From Klebsormidium nitens (taxonomy: Eukaryota > Plantae > Klebsormidiophyceae): DNA of 64,000 nucleotides. The first letter of the stretch is position 1; each line of letters starts with the position of its first letter. The translations under genes were made by a program, and so were the position numbers. The notes under the pieces are model-generated. The model made no database searches and had not been told where the DNA came from. It worked only from the letters and a program-made list of their open reading frames with translations. Shown one piece after another: positions 34,650 to 46,500 of this stretch. The DNA is taken from assembly GCA_000708835.1 (NCBI GenBank), contig DF237123.1, forward strand, positions 1 through 64,000. Reading direction: 5' to 3'.

Positions 34650-37600
34650 CTACTCGTCCGCAGCGTCGGCCTCAGCCTTGTCATCCTGCACGCAAGCCCA
34701 GAATCAAAGCTGTGAAACTGGAAAAGGAACGACCTTGATATCCACAGCTCGGAGTCGGACAGCCCCTGGTTGGATCCCAGACAGCCCACTTGACAGAACT
34801 AGTATTCTGAAAGTGTTAAAACTTCCCTGCCTAACCCTTGTACGTACTTCGACCGTTGTGACGCAGAAACCGGATGTGCAACTTGGGTGCGAACACTTCC
34901 TTTCTTATGCTCGATGGTACTTCATTTGTAAGCCCAGATATTCAGTCACAATGTAGCCTTGCGTCTAGCCTGTTTCGTAAAACACTGGGGGCATCAGCCC
35001 GTGTCCCACGTCCGGATTTGAACGGACCAGACCGCCAGCAGGCATCGACGTCCAGTCGCACAGCCCAGCAAGCAAGCGGTGAGACACTCAACCTCCAACT
35101 GTCTTGAGGCACAGAAGTCCGGCGATGTTGCAACACAAGCGCCACACTGATTTCGCAGGATCCATATTGATGAGACAGGAAGAACAGTCATTCTCCCATG
35201 CGCGCTCTCAATTCACAAGGCTGTTAGACTCACCTCTTTTGCAGTTTCCTCTTCGGCCTCGTCTTCTTTTTCCTCGGCGCCTTCTTCGTCGGCGTCTTTC
35301 CCCTCCTCTTCTTTCTCGTCTCCATCTTCTTTCTCGTCCCCCTCTTCCTGAGCGTCTTTCATTTCCTCGTCCTGTAAAAACGAAGTTCCCAACGTCACTC
35401 TCGGATGCAAACAACTTCAAAAGGCTCAGAAGCGCTGAAATTCAGATAAAAGGTAAGGCCGACACATGGCCCCTCATTTGACAACAACAAAAAGGGCCAA
35501 AAAGGGCCAGCCATCGAATTAGAGGAGTTGCGCGGATCCGCAACGCAATCTATCGATAGAAAGCAACTAGAGGCGGATACTGGGTGATATTACTTAGCTG
35601 GATTTTTGTCTGGGTCTCCGCTTTGACAAAGAAACCTGGATCGAGAACAGGTTCACATTGTTCGGCCTCTGTAGAGCGCAAGAAACCGTCTGACTGCCAC
35701 CGTTTTGTGAAGTCACCTGTTTGCTATTTCTATTACCTCAATCAATCTCCGCAAGTCTATTGTGCCCAGTATATATATTGTCAAATCGCGTGGGACTTAA
35801 TGCCGACAGAACACAACACGCTCCCTGGTTCGAACAACAACTTGACCGGGGCTCTTGACACACGCATCCAACACAAACGACGTGTCAACGGCGCTTCGAA
35901 CCCCCATTCCGCAGAAACCAATCAGCAGGTTCTCAAACTTTGAAACTCTGTACGAATGTTGCAGCAAATGGGACAAACTCCAGCTCGTTGCCACGCTTTC
36001 CACCTCACCTCATCATCCTTATCCTCGTCATCGTTTTCTTCATTCTTTCCTTCGTCCTCCTCTTCTTCCTTCTCTTCGTCTTCATCTTCTTCTTCTTCCT
36101 CATCTTCTTCCTCCTCTTCCTTCTTCTTGGCCTTCTTCGACTTTCTAGACGTTTTCGACTTCTTCTTGGGCGGCTCCTCGTCCGACTCCTCCTCCTCGGA
36201 CGCACTCGCCGCCTCTTCCTCTTCCTCGGATTCGGACTCTTCTACCTCCACCTTCTTCTTCTTCTCCTTCGTCTGCAAGGAAATCAAGTAGATTCTTGTT
36301 TACATTCTGAGATTGGAATTCGAGCAATGCGTCTCTCATAGTTATGAGTCCGGATGTTTTTGAACGCGCTCGGAGCCTCTTCTTCCTCGGCTTCGCACTC
36401 TTCCACCTCCACCTTCTTCTCCTTCGCCTGCACAAGATTTAAGTCGAAGCTCGGTACGCATTCTGAACTTCGATTCTCAAAGCTTTTGCACCTCCACCTT
36501 CTTCTTCTTCTCCTTCGCCTGCGCGAAAGAGTTTTTCATTCGAGAGTCGACGTTCAAAAATAAGATGTTTAAGCAGTTATCGTCGTGATCTTGCTACGTC
36601 TAAACACCTCAATCGCGCTCGCCGCTTTTTCTGCTTCGCCGCTTCTTCCTCCACCTTTCCTTTTTCTCCCACGCCTGCACAATCCTCATTCAATTTTGGA
36701 TCTTCCAGCATTTTCCCATCCTAAAGCTTGATTCTGAGTTAGCCGACACAATCGCCGCCTCTCATCGTATTCAGATTCCTCCGACCTGGACTTCACGTTT
36801 CTCCGCTTCGCCTTCATAATTCTCTGATGCATGTTTAGTTCGTACCTGTTATCTTCTTCAAGCCATTTGTCAATTGCAAGGTCCTACAAATCATCTGGCG
36901 AACATGGGCGTCCGTGAACCCAATATCGCATCGTTTTGCCGCTACCTGGCTTGCATGCCAATACAGTTGGCCGACCTCGGAAGACTCAATTCGGTCACAC
37001 TTGCGCCTAAGTCGGTTCTATAAAACCACACACTACTTTCTTGGACCAATTAACCGCCCAGGATAGCCCCTCCCGCAGTCCAGACCGTAGAAAAACGCGG
37101 ATCACGTTCAATTTGAAGTGCTTTGACACAGTTGCGCTTGAGAAACTCGCGTAGAGCGTAGCTGAGCGAATCACCTACGAGACCAGCGAACCTGAGCAGA
37201 ATTTCACGATAAGGAGCAACAAACAACTCAAGGAAACAGCCTCACCTTCTTCTTCTCCTTCTTCTTCCGCTTCTCCTCCTTTTCCTTCTCCTTCTTTTTC
37301 GACTTCTTCTCTTCCTTCTCCTTCTTTTCCGTTTTCTTGGAAACTTTCTTCACTTCCTTCTTTGACTTCTTCTTTGGGGGCTCTTCGACCTCTTCTTCCG
37401 ATTCGTCATCGTCCTCTTCCTGCGAATGAAATGACAGAAGTTGGCAAATAAGAGTGTGAAAGTCGACGGGGAACTAAACGAAAGCTGATCAGAATGAAGC
37501 TTGCTTATAATGGTAAAGCGTGCACTGGAACTTTGGGCGGCTCTTCCCTACTCTTTTCAACAGTTTCGGTCGCTTGGAACAGATCCAAAAGGTAAGTGTT

Positions 37601-40600
37601 TCCGGGTTGTGGAGGATCTATGTATTTGGGCTCTTCAAGGGAGGCCCCTTTTCTCTTTGACGAAGTAAAGCGATCGCTGCCGGGTTCGTTTCTTCGTCTC
37701 CGCTTCGTACCCCTTTGGAAATAGATAGAAAGCCCAACCATTGGAAAGGCGAGAAGCATTTGAGTAGGCTTTGTTTTCTACATTAGTAAGAACGGTTGGC
37801 TGTGATACGACGGAAGATGGAAATCGGAGTCGATTTGCCGCGATCTCTTAGAGCTTTTGATATGCACTTGCGCTGCCGAAACTAGTGTCTTTCAACTCTA
37901 GTAGTACTTCGCATGTCAATGTGGTCTGTAAGACCGACCGAAAGTCAAGAGTTATTGGGCACCTCAAAAGCGGCTCAAAATGAGGCATTCTATGTGGTCC
38001 ACTCGGACCTTGTCACCACCTCTTAAAACGCAGAGGACTTGGACCTCAGCATGACTCTGATGGCCCTGCTTTTGGAAAAGGGCGTCCGAATCTGACCGTG
38101 CGCCGCATACTCAACGCCGCAAAAACGCGCTCTGACGTCGCAGCAAAACTCTGAAGCGCACAGGTGCGGCAACTCAAGACAACTGTAGCAAGCCATTTTT
38201 ATACCATGGCTCAAAAAGAGGGAATACAAACAAGAAAAGCTTTTTAGATGTTCAAAAAAGTATAGAAACGCCTTCCTAAAGAGCTGGTCTTGAAGTCTCA
38301 GTCGCCGAAGGACAGCGCATTCGTTCTGCTGCTTACCTCGTCGGCCTCGTCATCTGACTCCTCTTCGGCGTCAGACTCCTCCGACTCGTCCTTCGACTTC
38401 TTCTTGCCCTTGGACGCCTTCTTCTTTGCCTTCTTCGCCTCCTACAGTAGCAAAAGCGCTTGCTTGTGTATTGACTCGGAAAGATTCGACTAGGAGGCAA
38501 CTTCGCAGAAAGGATTCCAAGCTGAATTCTGACTTGAATTTCACGCCAAGCATGGCCGCCCGCCTTGTCTGGTTTCTCCTCGCCGTGACAAACGCAAGTG
38601 CAACAGAGGCTTCAAGGGAAATACAAGCCTCTTTTGCTATCCTTGACTGGAGTGTAGATGACTTACTTTCTTTGTGCCACCGGTTCACGCAGACGGGAAT
38701 CTGTTTATGGCAGAAGAGGAGATTATGACGAGAGTAACGCCAGGTTTCTTCACATATTTCGCTGTGCCCATGCTAACAAGAAACCAGGTACGAGAAGCCG
38801 AAAGAAACACAAAAAGCTTACCTCTTTCTCACGCTTCAACCTTGCCTTCTCAGCCTTCCGCTTCTTCTCCGCCCTCTTCTTCTCGTCCTGCGTAATACCG
38901 GCATTGTGAAGATCAAGCAATGCGGAGCGGCAAGCGATTAGTCAGGTTGCGTGGTTTGCACAAAGACGTTGAGCAGATTCAATCGCAGTCCCTCGACTGT
39001 GCATAGCGAGGGCAAAAGTACTTTATCAAAGGTACTCCTCCAAAAGGGCGTGCAGGATTGCAGTCCAGATCGGACCCAACGCAAGCGAGGCCATCAGTTG
39101 TCGCTTTTATTGGCCCCCAATATCGCTCGATTCACTTTGACGGAGTGTTCGAATCTGAGCGCTGCAATTGGAGCAGGAAGACCACGTGATTGAACCGGCC
39201 CCTTCAAACTCCGGATAGATAAAGTCACAAGAACCGAGATTCAAAAACCGATGATGAGCAGATTGACAACGGGATACAAAAACCGTTCCAGCACACCAAA
39301 GAGCGGGGCAGGAAGCTTACGGCCGCTGCCAGGTCCTTGTCCGAGGCCTTGTGCGGCTTTTCTAGGAACTCAAACGCGCGCGTCACTTGCTCCTCCTGCA
39401 TAGCGTGCTCCCCAGATTTAGCAAGCTTTCACAGAATGCTCCTTGGAACATTCTCGAATTTATTAGCACTATTACTCTATCGTGGAGATAACCTATTCTC
39501 GATCCCCTGTTTGGAACATACTGCAGCTCTGATAGCAGTCTCTCCACAACAAGCGCTCCACGATAAGAAGATGCTATACTGAAAGCGGCCCCGGTCTTAA
39601 GCCCCCATATCAAACACTCAGATGCATCAATTGACACTCCAACACGCCCTTCCAAAATTTGGGCCTCAAATCCAGAGCCTCCTTTGAACAGGTGTGTATT
39701 GGCTGCCTACCTTTGTGCCCTTCGTTGGCAGGTCCAGAAAGTCGAGCAACTGGTTCAGGCCTTCCTTGGTTAGCCGCTGTACCCTCTCCTTGGCGGCCGT
39801 CCGCTCTTTGTCCTGGAACAAAACAAAGTCAGCTCTCACAAAGAAGCTAACCACCATCTTGAAACAAGCTAAGCATCATCTTTATATAAGCTAACCATAA
39901 TCTTACAACAAGCTAACCATGGATAACTGGCTTAAAATGGAAGCTGGAGAGACCATATTGTCTCTTGTCAGCGTTGCATTTGCAGCCAATTGCCTGCCTC
40001 GTTTAAGGTGTTCAAGTTGACCTTAATCCATCAGACTAAGGACACAAGGCCCAAGTAGTCCTAGCTCAGTGCTCAAAGTCAGGCAAAACAAACGAGCAAA
40101 TTTTCTGCAGTGCGAGCAAAGGGGAACCCCCTTCACATCCAGATTGTAGGGCGCAAAGACCAAACGTGTGGGGCTGGTGGCTCTAACATGTTACTGGCAG
40201 AGCACAGCTTCTGCCAGTGACACAAAACAGGAAGACTGCCTAACACAAGAAGCTTGAGCAGGCGTCATGAGGAGCAGGCACCATAAAGCAGGATGCCCTT
40301 ACGTCCTCAAACACGAAGCCTGAAAACTCCTGGATGTGCTTCTTCAGCTCAGTTGCCTGCAACATAGAGATGATTGGTACATGGATACTTGGCCAGAGAA
40401 TGACTGCAAGGAAAAGCAGAGGGAATCACGAATCCTAATTTCGCAACCATAGGCCGCAAAGATAGGCTGGTTTGTGCTTCTCCAATTCAGCCTTCATTGA
40501 AAAGCTCAGGTGCCTATTGGCTCACTCAAAAGCAGATGAAGGAACGGAATTCCAAGTCTGCGTCATGAGGTCAAACGCAAGCATGTTCTTAGACGTCCAC

Positions 40601-42308
40601 TACTCCCTGATAAGTGCCACCCGAGTGTATAACACAGGGTACGTTTTCTGTCTGCAGGCTGCTGGCTTTCTGACAAGCTGACAAGGGACCTGAGTCGACG
40701 ACAAATCAAATCCTCACCTTTCCTCTCCGCTTGAACATGATCATGTGAGCTTGGCTCAGGATCTCGTCAGACCTTGTCAGCTTGGACAGCTTGAAAGCAA
40801 CTGTAGGAAGGACATGGAGTAAGACCATGGTAGAGGAAAATCTGATCTAGGTCAGATGCTGTCAATGCAAGGTTCACTTGCATTGTTCCAAGCGTCCCAG
40901 ATCCCTGTAACATGCAGCGAACAAAGGCTTACAAAAGCAAGGTTTCCTGAAATTGGAAAGTTTGAAAGAATGTTGCAGTTGGGATTCTACGAGTTGTTTT
41001 CTCAGGCCTCTTTCTCTAAAGACAATCCGTTTCTCTCTCAGGAACAAGGTGGTTGCAGAAATACAGGAGTCCAGAGCCTCACCATTTGGGATGTCCTTCA
41101 GAGGTTTACCCTTGCCCTGGAAGCAAGAAAAGATACACCACGTTGATTCTCCTGTGCAACCTTTATCTTCCAAGCCCTAGCTCACCGCAACAGAATTCAA
41201 AAGAATCAAATAGAAGTTGGAGTGCTGGAAGTTGTGAGAGTGTGAAGGGACACCTCAAGGAGAGGGACACTGGAGCATGTCACAGAAACAGAGGGACGGC
41301 ATTACTTCCAGAGGTTATGTAGACACGTCAACGAGCAACTGCTGAATTAAAAGAGAAAGGTGGCAGCTTGCATCAGAATGTAAGCTAACAAATAGAAGTG
41401 GGAAGATTTAAGGGGACATCTAAGATAAACATGCATGCATGCATTGCAAGTTCCTGGCTTACGCTTTCCACTAGTAAAGCTTCAGTGGATCTATGTTAAC
41501 ATGGCTGACACTCTGAACCCAGATTGTGGAGTCTGCGCATATGCTCGACATTACGGCCATTGGCACTGATTGGCTGTATGGTAGTGAAATGAACCTGAGG
41601 AGGACAGTTTGCCAGCCGCAACTCAACTCCCCGGCTACACTCTTAGGGGAATTTGGCCTTGTGACCAATGCAAGCCAAGCGGTCCCCTATCAGAAAGCCG
41701 GAGCGCCCCTACCAGAGGGGAGTGCCGGAATAAAATCGCTGCACTGATTGGCGGTCTCTGAGGTTTGAGCAACCCACCTTCTTGATGACGATTTCAATCT
41801 CCTGCTTGGGCTCCCCAACTGTCAGCCGCTGCACTTCTTTCCGTTCTCTGGTCGGCCTCGACCGCTCCACCGGCGCCGCCGCCTCCCTGGGCCGCTTTGC
41901 TCCTTTCTTTTTCTCTGTCTTCTCCTCCTCCTCTTGCTTCTTTTCCTTCTTCTCCTCTGCCTTCTCTTCCGGCTTCTTTTCGGTCTTTTTCTCTGCTTTC
42001 TTTTCAGTCTTCTTCTCCGCCTTCTCTACCTGCTTCTTTTCAGTCTTACTCTCTACCTTCTCAATCTTCTTTTCCGGCTTCTTGTCTTCCTTCTTCTCTT
42101 TCTTCTCCTCTTTCTTCTCTGCCTTCTCTTCCGGCTTCTTATCCTCTTTCTTCTCTGGCTTCTTCTCAGTCTTCGTTTCTGCCTTCTTGTCCGCTTTCTT
42201 TTCCGCCTTCTTCTCTTCCTTCTTCTCTGTTGGTGCTTGTGTCACCTCTACTGCTGGAGCCGTGTCCTTCTCCTGTGTCAGAGCGAGAGCTTCGGTGGTG
42301 GTAGCCAT
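34650..42308 (-). CDS. DEK: DEK-like chromatin protein (multi-exon) with KE-rich N-terminus and long acidic/basic tail
   Basis: Exons give ERSRPTRERKEVQRL, GKGKPLKDIPNVAFKLSKL, LHMIMF-like AHMIMFKRRGK, ELKKHIQEFSGFVF, LNQLLDFLDLPTKGTK and FEFLEKPH, which match the DEK central/SAP region. Last exon DDKAEADAADE* at 34685-34650. Confidence 0.8.
36272..36680 (-). repeat. Four tandem copies of a splice acceptor plus exon start in the DEK-like gene
   Basis: (t/c)gcag|(a/g)cgaaggagaagaag... begins at 36272, 36427, 36518 and (degenerate) 36674. Confidence 0.8.
41920..42230 (-). repeat. EKK/KAEKK low-complexity coding repeat
   Basis: KKEEKKAEKKADKKAETKTEKKPEKK... inside the first DEK coding exon. 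Confidence 0.85.
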
Positions 42309-43560
42309 GGCGCCCAGGCGGCCAGAATAGACCGCAACTTTTCCGATGAATGCAGTGAATCTGCACCAATCGATATCTTCAAGTTGAACAGAATGAGAGC
42401 AGCAAGAAAAATTGGCGGGAATGGTCAGCGATTTGGTTACGCTTTGTCTTAATCTTGGCCCGGTGGTTGAGAAGCTGTACCCGGGGGAACTAGGCTGCAA
42501 GGAATCGAGTTTAGGTGCCCGGTACAGAGACCATGCTTACAACAACCGGGGGCATTCCTGAGCATAGCCAAAACCGTTTGCTTGACCAGGCTCAAACCTA
42601 AAAGGAGTTTTGAAAAGGGACGCCAATACGGGAGAGCACAACGCAGGCAGGGCTGTACATCTGTGCAGCTCTAGCCTTTCAAGTACCCCATGACTTTGAA
42701 GCAGAGGCAGCACCTACCTGGAGGCTCTATTATCCACAGAGGCAGGCGTTTGTTGGAGTGATGAATAGGTAGCTGGGAGTTGTGCCACAGCCACCGGCTT
42801 CTGAGTTCAGTAGATGATGCTCTTTGCTTGAAGACAGACAGCCCCGACGGAGACAGAAGAAGAAGGTTCCGCTTGCTTGGGGAAGAATTGATGGACGCTT
42901 TCCAGCTCCAGGACGTTGCATCCGTTGGGGTGCGTTGAACATGGCTACCAAGGACGCATGAATGGTGGATCCTGACTTCTCTCGTCGTGAGTGTACATTC
43001 AGCTGTCAAAAGACTAGGCTCATCAAGTACCACCTCTCCATTTTCTGTTTTCACAGGGGCGTAGGACTTGGATTGATCAGCTCTGTTTCTAGCCAGAGTC
43101 TGTCTTCTCCTGATTATGTGCGGTGAGGGTTTAAATTGGCCTCAAAGCCTGCCTGCTGTTGTTCGATTTCTGACCGGGGTCGCGGTGCATCAAAGGAAGC
43201 AGCTCAGGGAAGAGCTGCTCAGAGGTGGCTGCTGCCTGTAGAGAGGCCGATGGCTCACTTACCTTGAGTGACTCTTTCTGCAACTCTCTCCTTTGAGCAA
43301 GGAAGCTCACAATCTGATCTTCATTCTATAATCTTCAGCTCCGAGTGGTGAGCCTGCAGGGGCGAATGCTGCTAACATTGAAAGCTTAGCAGGACTGGTC
43401 AAAAGCCTTGGCCTGTATCCCAACAAACGATGCTCAGAAGATTCAACACCTTTGAACGAACACAGTTTTTATTTCTACTTGCAGTCAACTTGCCTGCTTG
43501 TATACTGACGGGCGCATTAGTTTGCAACGCAGGAACAGCCCGTGAAGGTGCTGCAGTCCA

Positions 43561-46500
43561 ATGGAAGCAACGACGCGAGTTCGCGCGATGCCGTCTGTGG
43601 CGGATGCTGCCATCAACACGATTTCGGGACCCTCCGGTGCATTGAAATCAAAGCCTCCGCCACAGGGCGGCACTCTCCAACCCCCTGCGAAGTTCCATTC
43701 AGGTGGCGGAATCCCAGGTTTGGCTCATGAACCCCAGGGTTTGAGCTCCGAACCGCGCAGGTTAAGGGCGTCTGGAGAGATGCCTAACGAAGGGTTTCAG
43801 CCGGTTGGGAGTCGGTTGCGAGCGATTCGGAAGCGGGATCGTCAGGATGATCTCGAGCCTCCATCTTTCTCACTGGGGATTGGGGAGGTCGCGGAGATGC
43901 CTTCGTTCGATCTGGGGATTGACTCAGATGGGGAACCAAACGGTTCCGAGGGTCTTGGGTTGAGGGATTCGAAGGGGTTGCAGAAGTCGAGTGCGGTTGA
44001 GGACAAAAGTTTGAGGAACCTGCGAGGGCCGCAAAAGGGTGCAGACGGGATGGCGGGGCGTGGTTTGGGACAAGGACAAAGGGGGGGATCAGAGCGACAT
44101 GATGAGCTACAAGATGGCAAGGTACGGCCCCGAGAGTCTGAAGAAAGGGCGCAGTTTGACAGGAGAGCTTCGTATGCGGCAGGAAGGCGATTAACCCCTG
44201 ATAGAACCCCGTCGGAGGCTGCGGCTAAGTCGAGGAACCGACTTCAAAAAGTCTCGTCTGGCGCCTCTGAGAGGGAAGTCCAAGCCGCCGCGCCTAGTCC
44301 CCGCGTCGCTCAATCTCCAGACAAACCGGGAGGCGCTTTTGCTGACTCAGACGAGGAAGACCAGGCCCTTCTTAGCATCGACTTTCGAAGCGCAGGCAAG
44401 AGACGAGCATCCAACGGGCTAACTCCAATCAGGAAACAGGTTTCTGAGGCAGGTCAGGGACTTGGGTTAGGTGGCTGGAGAGGAAAAGGGGCTGCGCGTG
44501 AGAGTGTGGACAGAGTGCCGGTTAGTGATGCGGCGGCAGCACAGACACCACGAGAGGCGGAGCTTAGGAGAGCAGGTAACCTGACAACAGAACTTGAGCC
44601 TAGGTCAGGCAAGGTTCCAAGTCGAGTTGACACCGAACCAGCGCAGGGGTCTGAGCAGCAGCATCCAGACGCCGGGCGGTGTCAAAGTTCTGCCAAGCTC
44701 CCTTCAGACGGTGTTCGGACCCCCCCTTCGGGGTTGATGCAGAAGCGGAACGGGCTGGAGATGGGCTCGCTAGGGGAGCGGAAGCGTGTTAACTCGAGCG
44801 GAGTGTCGGATGGGCTTGAGGTTTTGTTGAAACGAAGCTCGGGCGTTGCTTTGGGGGCCAGTCTTGAAGAAAGATTGGGCGAGAAAGGCGCGAGGAAAGA
44901 AGAGAGCAAGTTCGGTGGGAGGGACTTCGTCCCGGATTCAGAGGACGACGAGATCGAGGACGTTTCGTCTCCAGAAGCAAAGAAAGTGCCAGGTCAGACC
45001 ACGTCTCTAATGGTTCTGACTTGTTTTCTTCTTGAGATTTGGTAAACAAGGTCATTTGTATGCGGTATTGTTTCGTCGTCAACCCCTTTCGGCTCTTCAT
45101 TTCGCAGCACCGATCTTCTACTAAATTGTCACGCTTGCCATTTCGCTTTCAACAGATGCATGCTCCACCGTGTGTTCCAATTATCACTTCGTTGCACTCT
45201 GAATCTTTCCTCAGCATCCAGAAAAGTCAGGATCAGCCTGTTTTTCTCTGCCCAACTCTCTAACGATGCGGTCTTTGTAATGGGAACACGGTCTTTCTTG
45301 CCCTCCTCGGCCGACTGCACTCCCAAGAGCGTTTTCACAAGCAGCGCGTTTGAAAAAAAACCTCTAGCCTCGATTTTGACCCTCGAACCTGGATTCTCAA
45401 TCTCGAACATGAAACCTCAACATTAACCGCAATCCTCGATCTTGAACCTGTCCTGCAGTTGGCCCTGTTTCTGGCAAACGAAGGGTCACCCTCGGCTCCG
45501 CACATCTGCGCCAGGACCAGCCTCGGGCGAATCACACAACGCCACGTGGCCAAACAATAACCACTCCAATCGGTCCTGAGGCCCGCGTTCTGAGGACCCC
45601 ACTAGATGGGGAGAAACAGGAGCCTCTTTCCAGACAAATGCAAAACTCGAAGGGAGACGAACTAGGCATGGACAAATGGCCAGGAGACGCGGAGCTTGGC
45701 GTGAAGAGTGCGAAAAAGCTGTCGGGGGAGGGAAGCGGGGGATCAGCTTCAGGGAGAAAGAGCTCCTTGCTGTCCGGGTTGAGAAAGCGGAAGTCAGACG
45801 AGAACGGCGGCGGTTGGTCTGAATGGCCCGCGAACGCATTCGGGGGCTTAGGGGTGGACGAATCTGGCAGAAGTGGAAAGGAGAACGGAATTGGAACTGG
45901 AGAAGGGAGGAGGAACCAGAACGGAAACGGAACCCAATTCGGCTCGGAAGAAGACGGCATGGGGGCCAGACGGCCAGTTCCGCCGGATCTTGAAAATGGA
46001 CGGAAGGGAGGGTTAGTGGATAACCCGGCCGCAAAGGTGAAGGGTTCCAGTCCTAGTTGGAATGTGAGGGAGGCAAAGAAAGGGAAACGGTGGTCGGGAT
46101 TCGGGGCTGCGGAGGAGACCAGTGCTGGCTTTGCCGGTTTTGGAACCACTTCGGAGCGGACTTACCCGGCGTTCGGGGCAGCGGCGGGGGGTTTCGGAAC
46201 CGGTTCCGAACGGACCTACCCGCCTTTCGGGGCGACAACAGGTAGCGATAACCCGGGTTTTGAGAAGGGTTTCGAGCGGAGTTACCCGCCCTTTGGGGGT
46301 TTGCGTAGAGAGGGTCCGTCAGGCCGGGAGCGTGACGGTTTTGCAGAAGACGCGGAAGGTCTTGGCGGATTTGGGGAAGGGTTCAAGGGTTTCGGGGGCG
46401 CCTCTCGAGGGGTGTCGAGCGCGGGCGGTGATGAAAGGGCGGAACGGGACAGAGGTTCGAGGCGTCCCTGGAGTCCTCCCCCTCCGGACTTCGGTTCGCT

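Noticed and set aside
35856-36341. Phe/Leu/Ser-rich plus-strand 'membrane protein' ORFs (also 41782-42452)
   Set aside because: Antisense translations of the GAA/AAG-rich DEK exons.
42671-43300. Separate protein-coding gene between DEK and the 43561 gene
   Set aside because: Short ORFs without motifs; the splice signals fit 5'-UTR exons/introns of DEK better.
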